Positions 1 to 7,330 of a stretch of 32,520 nucleotides of DNA are shown one piece after another (the stretch's first letter is position 1; each line of letters begins with the position of its first letter). This DNA comes from Burkholderiales bacterium (GTDB lineage: Bacteria > Pseudomonadota > Gammaproteobacteria > Burkholderiales > SG8-39): contig SXNB01000259.1 in assembly GCA_005777205.1 (NCBI GenBank), positions 1 to 32,520 on the forward strand, given 5' to 3'. The position numbers and the translations under genes were made by a program. Under the pieces are notes generated by a model. That model saw nothing but the letters and a program-made list of their open reading frames with translations. It made no database searches and was not told where the DNA came from.

Positions 1-29
1 CTCGAACCTGGGACCCAGTGATTAACAGT
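1..29 (-). other. Truncated 3' portion of a tRNA-Asn(GUU) gene, running off the window start. Probable prophage attachment-site core.
   Basis: The reverse complement of 1-29 reads CTGTTAA / TCACT / GGGTC / CCAGG / TTCGAG. These are an anticodon loop with GTT, the 3' anticodon stem, the variable loop, the T-stem and the start of a GGTTCGAG T-loop. The bases 5' of the loop (rc of 30-35, ..TTCGCA) cannot pair with TCACT, and no D-arm is present. Only the 3' part of a tRNA is here. Confidence 0.6.
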
Positions 30-112
30 GCGAAGCTCAGAAATGCCGTTGCACTGAAAGTCGTGTCTCGAAGCGATCCGGATTGTACAGGCAATAGGAG
101 GCTGTGCGCAGC

Positions 113-129
113 GTTGATCCTGTTGCAAC
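113..129. promoter_or_regulatory. Operator-like palindrome GTTG-N9-CAAC, with extended arms AGCGTTG...CAACGCT at 110-132
   Basis: It has the same 4-9-4 palindrome architecture as the two sites at the early promoter (31518-31534, 31574-31590). It lies in non-coding DNA between the att fragment and the moron. Confidence 0.3.
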
Positions 130-176
130 GCTTCAATCCGGTTTCGGACCGCCGGCGTCCCTGGGACGTCCCGTAG

Positions 177-461
177 TTACTCGCCGACTGCGCAAATTCG
201 CCACCAGAAATAAAGTCCCAATGCTGCGCCGAGCGGGCAGATGACCCTCAGACCAGTTCGCATGTTGCTTGCATAGATGTGTGTCTCGGAATTAAATCGA
301 TAAAGAGAGAAGTCATCTCCCAAAACAGCCCCCGTGAACACGGCTACGAACCCTATGGCGAGTACCGATATGCAAAAGACGACTGGGAGAAGTGCGCCGA
401 TCAAGATGTATAGGAGAGGGGTCTGCTTAATCTTCTCCCACAAGTTACGGTTCATGGGCAT
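177..461 (-). CDS. Small integral membrane protein (94 aa, 2-3 predicted TM helices). Moron, possibly for superinfection exclusion or lysogenic conversion.
   Basis: The ATG at 461 is preceded by AGGGAG 6 nt upstream. Hydrophobic stretches are LLYILIGALLPVVFCISVLAIGFVAVFTGAVL and ICPLGAALGLYFWW. Local GC is about 50-55% by hand count, against mid-60s for the rest of the window. Confidence 0.6.
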   Translation of the reverse strand: MPMNRNLWEKIKQTPLLYILIGALLPVVFCISVLAIGFVAVFTGAVLGDDFSLYRFNSETHIYASNMRTGLRVICPLGAALGLYFWWRICAVGE

Positions 462-785
462 CTCCCTGGAAGGCTACAAGCTTTGGAAATGTACCCGGTG
501 TGGAAAGGTTTTACCCGGAAAGTTCGTTGGCCGGTGTTGACATCCGCCACCAACCAACGAGACGATGCTGCCCAAGGAGCCTAGAAACTCCGAACACAGC
601 GTCCTCCGCCCACGTCAGGGCGGATTGCTATTTGCAGCCCGGTCGATGCCGGGAGGGCGACGGATACAAGACCCGCGAGGGGAAGAAGTCCGCCGACTGT
701 GTTCGGTTTCTAGCCTCCCGGCTTCCTCGTGGGCGCGCCTAGAAACGCTTCTGCGAGGGGTTTCCAACCTCACACAGGAGCGTTC

Positions 786-1625
786 ATGGCCACTCTGCCC
801 GCCTCCCTGGACTTCCAGGGCATCCAGCTCGACGTCGTAGATCATCTGTCCCGCCCGTGGATAAGGGGGTGCCAAATTGGCGCCCCCTTGGGCTATTCGG
901 ACCCCGAGAGCGCAGTAAAGAAACTGTACGCCGCTCACTCTGACGAATTCACCGACCAGATGACGGCCGTTGTGAAGCTCGACACGGCCGGCGGCCGTCA
1001 GGATGTCCGGATCTTCTCGCTGCGCGGCTGCCACATGCTGGCGATGTTCGCGCGCACCGAGCGCGCCAAGGCGTTTCGCGCCTGGGTGCTGGATGTGCTG
1101 GAGAGCCTGGAGCAAGAGACGCCACCGGCCACGTCGGCCGTCGCGGTGCTGCCGCGCGTGGGCGAGGCGGATGCCGTCGTGTCGGCCGGGCGCTGCTTCA
1201 GTGCGTATCTACGCGTCGGCCGAGCCTTCGGCCTTCCCGGCGCGGCGGCGATCCTGCGCGCCAACCGTGCAACGCTGGTGCGTACCGGCGTGAACCTGAT
1301 GCGGGATCTCGACCTGGACGCGGCGCAGATGCAGATCATCGGCCCTGGCGGGAACGCAGCACCGGCAGAAGTGATCCTGGAGCGCGCCGACGACCTCGCC
1401 ACGCGCCAGGACGCGAACGCCTGGTACTTCGGTCGCACAGCTTGGTTGAAGCTCTGCGAGGGCTACTCGGCCGACGCCACGGCGAAACTGCTGCGCGATT
1501 TAGGGCATTTGGTCTCAGATCGGGACCGCCTCACCAAAAAGACGGGGTTCCCAGGCCGGCCCGGCATGTTCGTAGTGCGCAAAGCGAAAACAACAAGCTT
1601 TGGAGATGCACATGGGAACGCATGA
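786..1625 (+). CDS. Phage antirepressor with an N-terminal BRO-N domain and an Ant/KilAC-like C-terminal half
   Basis: The ATG at 786 has AGGAG at 776-780. The N-terminus LDFQGIQLDVV..PWIRGCQIGAPLGY..GGRQDVRIFSLRGCHMLAMFARTERAKAFRAWVLDVLESL follows the BRO-N pattern (F.G..v..v.....PWF.a.dv...LGY.......G......isE.GlY.Li..S....A..F..WV...VLP). The track start at 729 is an upstream GTG without an RBS. Confidence 0.8.
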   Translation: MATLPASLDFQGIQLDVVDHLSRPWIRGCQIGAPLGYSDPESAVKKLYAAHSDEFTDQMTAVVKLDTAGGRQDVRIFSLRGCHMLAMFARTERAKAFRAWVLDVLESLEQETPPATSAVAVLPRVGEADAVVSAGRCFSAYLRVGRAFGLPGAAAILRANRATLVRTGVNLMRDLDLDAAQMQIIGPGGNAAPAEVILERADDLATRQDANAWYFGRTAWLKLCEGYSADATAKLLRDLGHLVSDRDRLTKKTGFPGRPGMFVVRKAKTTSFGDAHGNA

Positions 1626-1821
1626 GAAAAGGGACCGCCGGGAGGGCCTGGCTGGGGAGCTGGCAATCCTGAGCTACAGCCTGGACCACCTGAGCGATCG
1701 GGAACTGGCCCGGCTGCTGACAGCGGATATTTCCCGGCGGGAGAAGCCTTGGGTGCTGCGCGCGGCGAAGCGGATCGTGAAGCGACTCAGCGCGCGTCCT
1801 TCACCGCGCCCCGATTCATGA
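1612..1821 (+). CDS. Hypothetical small protein (69 aa)
   Basis: The ATG at 1612 is 6 nt after TGGAG (1601-1605). Third-position GC is high. It overlaps the end of the antirepressor gene by 14 nt and converges on the 3' end of the giant gene with a 35-nt overlap. Confidence 0.4.
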   Translation: MGTHEKRDRREGLAGELAILSYSLDHLSDRELARLLTADISRREKPWVLRAAKRIVKRLSARPSPRPDS

Positions 1822-4800
1822 CCGTGGCTTCCGCCTCGTCGATCTCGGTACGACGCTGATACAGCGCGTCGCGATCGACCGCGGTCTTGTCCAGGCGCTG
1901 ATTCAGGGCCTCGCCGGAGATTCGCCCAGCGCGGGCCTCGCGGCGCTGCTTGTTCTCGTAGCGCTTGATTTCCGCTTCCTCGGCGGAGAGGCGCTTGCGC
2001 TCGAAATCCGCCCCCTCGTCGAAGCGGATCGGCCGGAGCTTGATGCCGAAGGAAGCAAGCAGCGCATCACGCGTCACGATCGGGTGCTCGCCGCGGTCCA
2101 GGCCGGTGAACTGCCCGAAGCCCAGCTGCTCACTCACCCGATTGGCCGTCTCTGCGACCGGCGTCGCGATCGGCGCCGGCTCGCCGCTGGCTGCGGCCTC
2201 GCGCGCAGCGTTGGCCAGGCCTTCGAGGATCCGGGTCTGGTGATAGCTGCCGGGCATGAGCTGGTTCGAGGGGGTCCAGGCCTGATAGATGTAAGCAGCG
2301 ATCGCCTTCGCCTTCTCGTCCTCGGGCGCACCAGGAGCGTAGATCTCGCGTCCCTTCCAATCCTCATTCATCGCCACGTCGAGAAGCACACGCACCGGGC
2401 TGGATCCGAAAATGTCGCTGCCCCACCAATCCGGCAACCAAGGAAGATCCGCGCGGCGGTTGCCGCTCTCGGCCTGGAACACGTTGCCGAGCGCGTGCGC
2501 GTTGCCCAACGCCAGGCGATGGCCTTCCAGGAAGGGCACATGCACCGCATTGCGCGCGCCCCAGGCAGAGCGGCCGGCGTCCCAGGGCGCAGACAGTTCG
2601 TCCTCGGCCTCGGCGACGTTCCAGTACTGGCCGGGTTCCAGGCCCTCCATCGCCATGCCGGCGTAGTTCACGGCTTCATAGGCCGCTGCCAGCGCCAGGA
2701 CATACTCCGGGTTGCGCGCGACGTTCCGCGCGATCGCCGGGATCGCAAAGTAGGTGTAGCTGATAAAGGGCGAGCCAATGGGCAAATCGCGAACGATCTT
2801 CAGCGCGTCCGGTAGATCCGCGTAGTCGAAGAAGAACTGATTCGCCGCCTGCGCAGCCTCCGTTCGGCTGGAGCCACGGCGGCGCTCGGCCAGGTACACC
2901 GCCATCTTGAACATCTCGTCCTCGAAGCGGTACAGCCGCTGCGCGGCGTCGCCCAGGGGCTTCACGGCGCGAAACGGCGCAGCCAGGCCCCTGATCGCCG
3001 GCTCGGCCGCCGCGCGCGCCAGCGCCGCGCCGGTCTGCCACGGTCCCTTGGCGCCGACAACGGATACCTTGTTCCGGATAAACCACTCCTTGGCCTTCAT
3101 CACCGTGGACAAGACAAACGTCGCGTCCGGGATCTCCGGCTGCTCCAGGAGTTCGCGGGCGAGATCTTCAAGGCCGGTATCGCGATCGTCGCGGCCCACG
3201 ATCGCGCCCACCCGGTTCGCATCGAGCACGCCGTCCTCGGTCGCCTCGCGCACCAGCTGCTCGCCCTCGCCTTGCCACAGCGTCCGGAGCGATCGGCCGA
3301 GATCCGCCGGCGAGTAGCCGGCCATCAGCAACATCTGGCTATTGCTGTGCGTGTTGTTGAAGTGGGTGACCGGGTTGTAAACCGTCTTCCACAGCTTCCA
3401 GCGCGCGAGTACATCGCGATACATCTTGAACGCCGGCGCATCGCCCAGCGGGTGCCGCCCGTAGTTCTTCAGGCCTGCCCACACATCGGGGCGGACGTAC
3501 ATCCCGGCCAGCGCGCCATGCTTGCGCACCGCGCTGCCCTTGCCCGCCTGCGTCGCGGGGACATGCTGCCAGCTCGCCTTCTGCTCGGCCGTCGCCGCTG
3601 CGGGGCTCACTGCCCAGTCACTGCGCTTCGATACGGTATCGAACAGCGTCGCCAACGACAGATCGTGGCTGATCTCGTTCATGCCGCGCACGAAGCGGTA
3701 GCCCGCGTCGCCGATCTCGCCCCAGGCCTCGCGCTCGGCCTTCGTCCAGTCGCGGTGCATCAGGATCCCGTCATCCTTCGTACCGCGCACGCTCCAGCGC
3801 CGGCCGGTAGGCTGGAGGTCACGATCGAAGTCCTCCAGCCGACGAAGCTTGTCCATCGATGCCATGTAGTTAATCGGATGATCGCCGGGCACGATGGGCA
3901 CCTCATCCGCGGCGAACAGGAAACTGCGCAGCTCGCCATTCTGCGAGCCGACGTATTCATGAAACTCCGTCTTGGCCAGCGTCCTGCGTTCCGCGCGCAG
4001 CTGCGCCAGCTCCTCGCCCTCCGCCTTGCCCATGCGCTCGGTCAAATCATTGAACTGATCAACCACATCAGAGACACCGGGGCTCAGGAACTCACGCTGG
4101 AACACGTCGTCGGTGCCGCGTGAGATCGCGTAGGTGCCGGACAGGCTCTGCCGCTTCGCCTCTCGGAACTGGCCATCGCCCTCGAACAGATGCTTGCGGT
4201 AGTACCGGTGCAGATAGCCGCCGGCCTCGATATCCTCCGGGAGCATCTTCAGCGCCTTCATCCGCTCGGCCGCCGTCGTCAGCATCTTCTCAAGCTCGTC
4301 CGCCTGGCGGTGGATCATGTTCAGATCCTTGATGATCCCGCGCCGCTCGATCAGGTCCGCCATCTGCCCGCGCTGCGACGGAGTGAAGTTGTCGCGCAGG
4401 AAGGCGCCCATGTCGGTCACCTCGCGGTTGATGATCTGCTGCATCGCCCGCTGTCGGCGCTTCAGGTCGCGCAGATCCATCGGACCGCGGCCGAACCCCG
4501 GAAGCTTGTCGATCGCAGCGCCGATCTTGTCGAGCGCCACATCCATGATCGCGCCCTTGCCGGAGATCTTCGCCTTGCGCAGCGCGGCCACGCCGCCCGC
4601 GCCCGCGGCGGCGCCGAACGCGATGTCCGCGAACCAGGCCGGAGTGCCCGGCGTCTCGTCCGACAGCGTCGCGCCGCCCACGCCACCCGCGAACGCGCCT
4701 GCGGCGGAGCGCTCAGGATTCAGGCCGATATCGCGTGCGTACTCGGCCAGGGCCTTGCCGAAAGGGTTGGCGTGGAAGGCACTGCCAGCCGGCTGGCGGT

Positions 4801-7330
4801 GAAAACCCGCAGCTCTACGAGAGTCGCCTGCCGTCGTGAAGGAATCGACCAGTTCGCGTCCGGTCGCCTCTCCGAACCGGCGCAGGTTTTCCGCTGCCTC
4901 GTCGGAGTCGGTGCGCGCAAACAAGCCATCGGCGTTGGTTTCGTCGATCGCCCGCAATAGCCGGTTGCTGCCGCCCTCGTCGCCGCCGCGCAGCGCGGCC
5001 ATTTCCTCGGCCGACATTTCAACGAACCGAAGCGGCCGGCGCTGAACATCAACCAACAGGACGCCCTGGCGCCCCCCTCCCATTTCGTTGACGACGCGCT
5101 GCGCATCGTTCGGCCCGTCGATGGACGGGACGGCGCTCGCTGGCCCAACTAGGCGGCGCTCAGTGACCGGGAGCGTCTGCTTACGCGGCGCAGCGGGGGT
5201 CGCCGCGCCAACCACGCCATTGACGTCGGTCCATCTACCGCCAGGCGTGACGACGATGCTCCCCTCAAGTTCTACGCCACTGCCGCGCAGAACATTCTCG
5301 ATCCGGGAGGTAACAGCCCGGTCGGCCGAACTGGCTTCCGTATTGCCGCTCGGATGGTTATGCGCAACCCAGGCCCGCTTGGCCCCCGGTGTATTCGCCA
5401 CGATTCCACCAAACAGACCCGGATCGGTTGGCGCCGAAGCGATCGAGCCAGTATGGATGCGCGCCACGCGCAGCACGTTGCCCTCACCATCCGCGATCAC
5501 AGCAAGCAACGATTCCTGCGCGTCCTTGCGCAGAGGGGCCACCACATGCGCCACATCGGCCATCGACTCGACCTTGCTCTTGCCGGTGGGAAGCCGCGCC
5601 GTCGTCACATGCCTGACCTTGGGTCCCAGCCCCCGCGCAAGCCTCTCGCGCGCGTTCAGGAGCGCGAGAGGGTCAGCGCCCGGAATCATGATATCGACGC
5701 GATCCAGGCCCTCCGTCGCAGCGCCGGCGCGATCGGAAACGCCGCCATCCGGCTCGCGCGACGCCGGCGGCTCCGGTATCGTCTTGCCGTCAGTCCCCGC
5801 TCCCTCCGCAGTTCGCATACCAGAGGGCTCCGGAGCATAGGCGCCACTGGGGTTACCCCCCTTGGCGCCACCGGGGGCTGGCCGATACAAAGGGCTGTCG
5901 CCGCCTGCGCCAGGCTCGCGCAGCCCTGTCAGCCCGTCAGCTTCTCCGCGGTATCCACCGGCGGCGGCGCCTTCCGCTCGCGCTCCCGCTTCAGGTAGTC
6001 CTGCGCCAGCTGGCGCACCCGCTGGCGCCGGCTCGGCGCTTGTGGCTTCTCGTTCACGGATCAGGGCCTCCAGGGCGTTGAAATAGTCGTCGTCGATCTC
6101 GTGGCGCACGGCCAGCGTCTCGATCTCGTCCGGGGTCAGAAGCTCTTCCGCGCGCAGCGACAGACCGAACTCCCGAGGCGTCGGCTGGATATCGTCGGCG
6201 AGCACGGCGTCCAACAGTTCCGAGTCCAGCTCGCGGCGCGCAAGGCCGGCGATCTCGTCGCGCGGCGCCGTCGGCGCGGCCGGCGCAATCTCCTCCCCCG
6301 GCAAACGCTCCAGGACAGACACATTCGCCTCGCGGAAACTTCTGACGCCTTCCGCCGCGTTGGCGGGCGCGGCGCTGCTCGGCGCGGGTGCTGGCTGCGG
6401 CGCCGGCTCGGGCGCGTCAATCATCTCGTTCAGGCGCGCGATGCCCTGCTCCGGAGGCAGGCCCGCGTCCTCAGCCGCGCGGGCGGCTTCCTCGTGCGCC
6501 TGGTTGATCGCGGCGGACCGCTGCTCGGGCGACAGCGTGCGCCAACTGCTGCGCAGGCCGCTGGCGATCAGACGAGCCGCCGTGTCCAGCGCAGGCACCG
6601 CCACGGCGCCCACACCGGCCGCCAGCGCCACGGCGCCGGGGTCATTCACCCCGCCGCGAGCGCCTTGATGCGCCGCTTCTTCGAGTGCCCCGGTTCCGGC
6701 GCCTGACGCAGCAAGGACGCCCAGCCTGGCGGGAATTGAAGCCGCGCCGAGCCCTGGCGTAAGAGACACCAACAGCGACAATGGGTCTGTCATCGCACGG
6801 GCCATGCGGCCACCTAACACGGGCAGCAGGCCGGATTCCTGGGCTTCCGGAACGCGAGCGTCACGCATAGCTAGTTCGTTCTGGCGCACCGCTAAACGTG
6901 CCTCGCTCTCAGGAGTTCCCTGGCTCTTCAACTGAAGCATGCGGAACCATGCTGGAAGGTTTTGAGACAAGCTGGTGGACTGCTGGAATGCCTGACCAAA
7001 AGCCTGTAGCCCTTGCGGCGCCGGCTCGGCGCCCACCGTCTCCGGCCCGCGCAACGGGATCTGCGGCGCCGCCACCTTCGGATCGAGCACCTGGAGAGCA
7101 GGCGCCATCGAGCGCAGCGGCTCGGGGATCGGGTTAGTGCTTTGCACCTGGACGGCGTTCGGGTCCAGCGCCAGCGGTGCGGGAGTTGCAGCGGGCGCAG
7201 GCGCCACCGCCTTGAACTCATCCCACCCCGACGCCGCCGACTCGACAGACTTGAACTCGTCCCAATCTTCGGAGGTGGAGACGGCTCGGGCCGGCTCGAC
7301 GATGCGGAACTCGCTCCAGGGATCGGCCAT
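1787..7330 (-). CDS. Giant virion/ejection-type polyvalent protein (1847 aa) with a central RadC-like JAB/JAMM domain
   Basis: This is an uninterrupted 5.5-kb ORF and the last gene of the virion operon. Its ATG at 7330 shares one base with the upstream stop (TGATG). The N-terminal third is rich in Ala/Pro/Gly, with Gly/Ala hydrophobic segments. The JAB motif AWVAHNHPSGNTEASSAD lies at aa 653-670. A C-terminal region of about 900 aa is unassigned and ends in a coiled coil. Confidence 0.9.
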   Translation of the reverse strand: MADPWSEFRIVEPARAVSTSEDWDEFKSVESAASGWDEFKAVAPAPAATPAPLALDPNAVQVQSTNPIPEPLRSMAPALQVLDPKVAAPQIPLRGPETVGAEPAPQGLQAFGQAFQQSTSLSQNLPAWFRMLQLKSQGTPESEARLAVRQNELAMRDARVPEAQESGLLPVLGGRMARAMTDPLSLLVSLTPGLGAASIPARLGVLAASGAGTGALEEAAHQGARGGVNDPGAVALAAGVGAVAVPALDTAARLIASGLRSSWRTLSPEQRSAAINQAHEEAARAAEDAGLPPEQGIARLNEMIDAPEPAPQPAPAPSSAAPANAAEGVRSFREANVSVLERLPGEEIAPAAPTAPRDEIAGLARRELDSELLDAVLADDIQPTPREFGLSLRAEELLTPDEIETLAVRHEIDDDYFNALEALIREREATSAEPAPAGAPAGAGLPEAGARAEGAAAGGYRGEADGLTGLREPGAGGDSPLYRPAPGGAKGGNPSGAYAPEPSGMRTAEGAGTDGKTIPEPPASREPDGGVSDRAGAATEGLDRVDIMIPGADPLALLNARERLARGLGPKVRHVTTARLPTGKSKVESMADVAHVVAPLRKDAQESLLAVIADGEGNVLRVARIHTGSIASAPTDPGLFGGIVANTPGAKRAWVAHNHPSGNTEASSADRAVTSRIENVLRGSGVELEGSIVVTPGGRWTDVNGVVGAATPAAPRKQTLPVTERRLVGPASAVPSIDGPNDAQRVVNEMGGGRQGVLLVDVQRRPLRFVEMSAEEMAALRGGDEGGSNRLLRAIDETNADGLFARTDSDEAAENLRRFGEATGRELVDSFTTAGDSRRAAGFHRQPAGSAFHANPFGKALAEYARDIGLNPERSAAGAFAGGVGGATLSDETPGTPAWFADIAFGAAAGAGGVAALRKAKISGKGAIMDVALDKIGAAIDKLPGFGRGPMDLRDLKRRQRAMQQIINREVTDMGAFLRDNFTPSQRGQMADLIERRGIIKDLNMIHRQADELEKMLTTAAERMKALKMLPEDIEAGGYLHRYYRKHLFEGDGQFREAKRQSLSGTYAISRGTDDVFQREFLSPGVSDVVDQFNDLTERMGKAEGEELAQLRAERRTLAKTEFHEYVGSQNGELRSFLFAADEVPIVPGDHPINYMASMDKLRRLEDFDRDLQPTGRRWSVRGTKDDGILMHRDWTKAEREAWGEIGDAGYRFVRGMNEISHDLSLATLFDTVSKRSDWAVSPAAATAEQKASWQHVPATQAGKGSAVRKHGALAGMYVRPDVWAGLKNYGRHPLGDAPAFKMYRDVLARWKLWKTVYNPVTHFNNTHSNSQMLLMAGYSPADLGRSLRTLWQGEGEQLVREATEDGVLDANRVGAIVGRDDRDTGLEDLARELLEQPEIPDATFVLSTVMKAKEWFIRNKVSVVGAKGPWQTGAALARAAAEPAIRGLAAPFRAVKPLGDAAQRLYRFEDEMFKMAVYLAERRRGSSRTEAAQAANQFFFDYADLPDALKIVRDLPIGSPFISYTYFAIPAIARNVARNPEYVLALAAAYEAVNYAGMAMEGLEPGQYWNVAEAEDELSAPWDAGRSAWGARNAVHVPFLEGHRLALGNAHALGNVFQAESGNRRADLPWLPDWWGSDIFGSSPVRVLLDVAMNEDWKGREIYAPGAPEDEKAKAIAAYIYQAWTPSNQLMPGSYHQTRILEGLANAAREAAASGEPAPIATPVAETANRVSEQLGFGQFTGLDRGEHPIVTRDALLASFGIKLRPIRFDEGADFERKRLSAEEAEIKRYENKQRREARAGRISGEALNQRLDKTAVDRDALYQRRTEIDEAEATVMNRGAVKDAR
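5231..5608 (-). other. RadC-like JAB (JAMM metalloprotease-fold) domain inside the giant protein, about aa 575-700
   Basis: Codons at 5345-5362 read CAT AAC CAT CCG AGC GGC (HNHPSG), followed by NTEASSAD. This gives the H-x-H-x7-S-x2-D metal-binding signature typical of the RadC/DUF2466 family. The upstream part SLLAVIADGEGNVLRVARIHTGSIASAPTDPGLF matches the RadC core pattern. Confidence 0.75.

Noticed and set aside
334-840. Track ORFs 334..540, 500..742, 565..840 and 615..1115 around the moron/antirepressor intergenic region
   Set aside because: They are antisense to or overlapping the better-supported membrane-protein and BRO-N genes, have no ribosome-binding sites, and are Arg/Pro/Ser-rich in composition.
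1787-7330. Calling the 1847-aa protein a tape-measure protein
   Set aside because: No tail tube, sheath or frameshifted chaperone genes precede it. It is the last gene of the operon rather than being followed by baseplate genes. It carries an enzymatic JAB domain. An ejection-type or polyvalent protein fits better, though this call is by context only.
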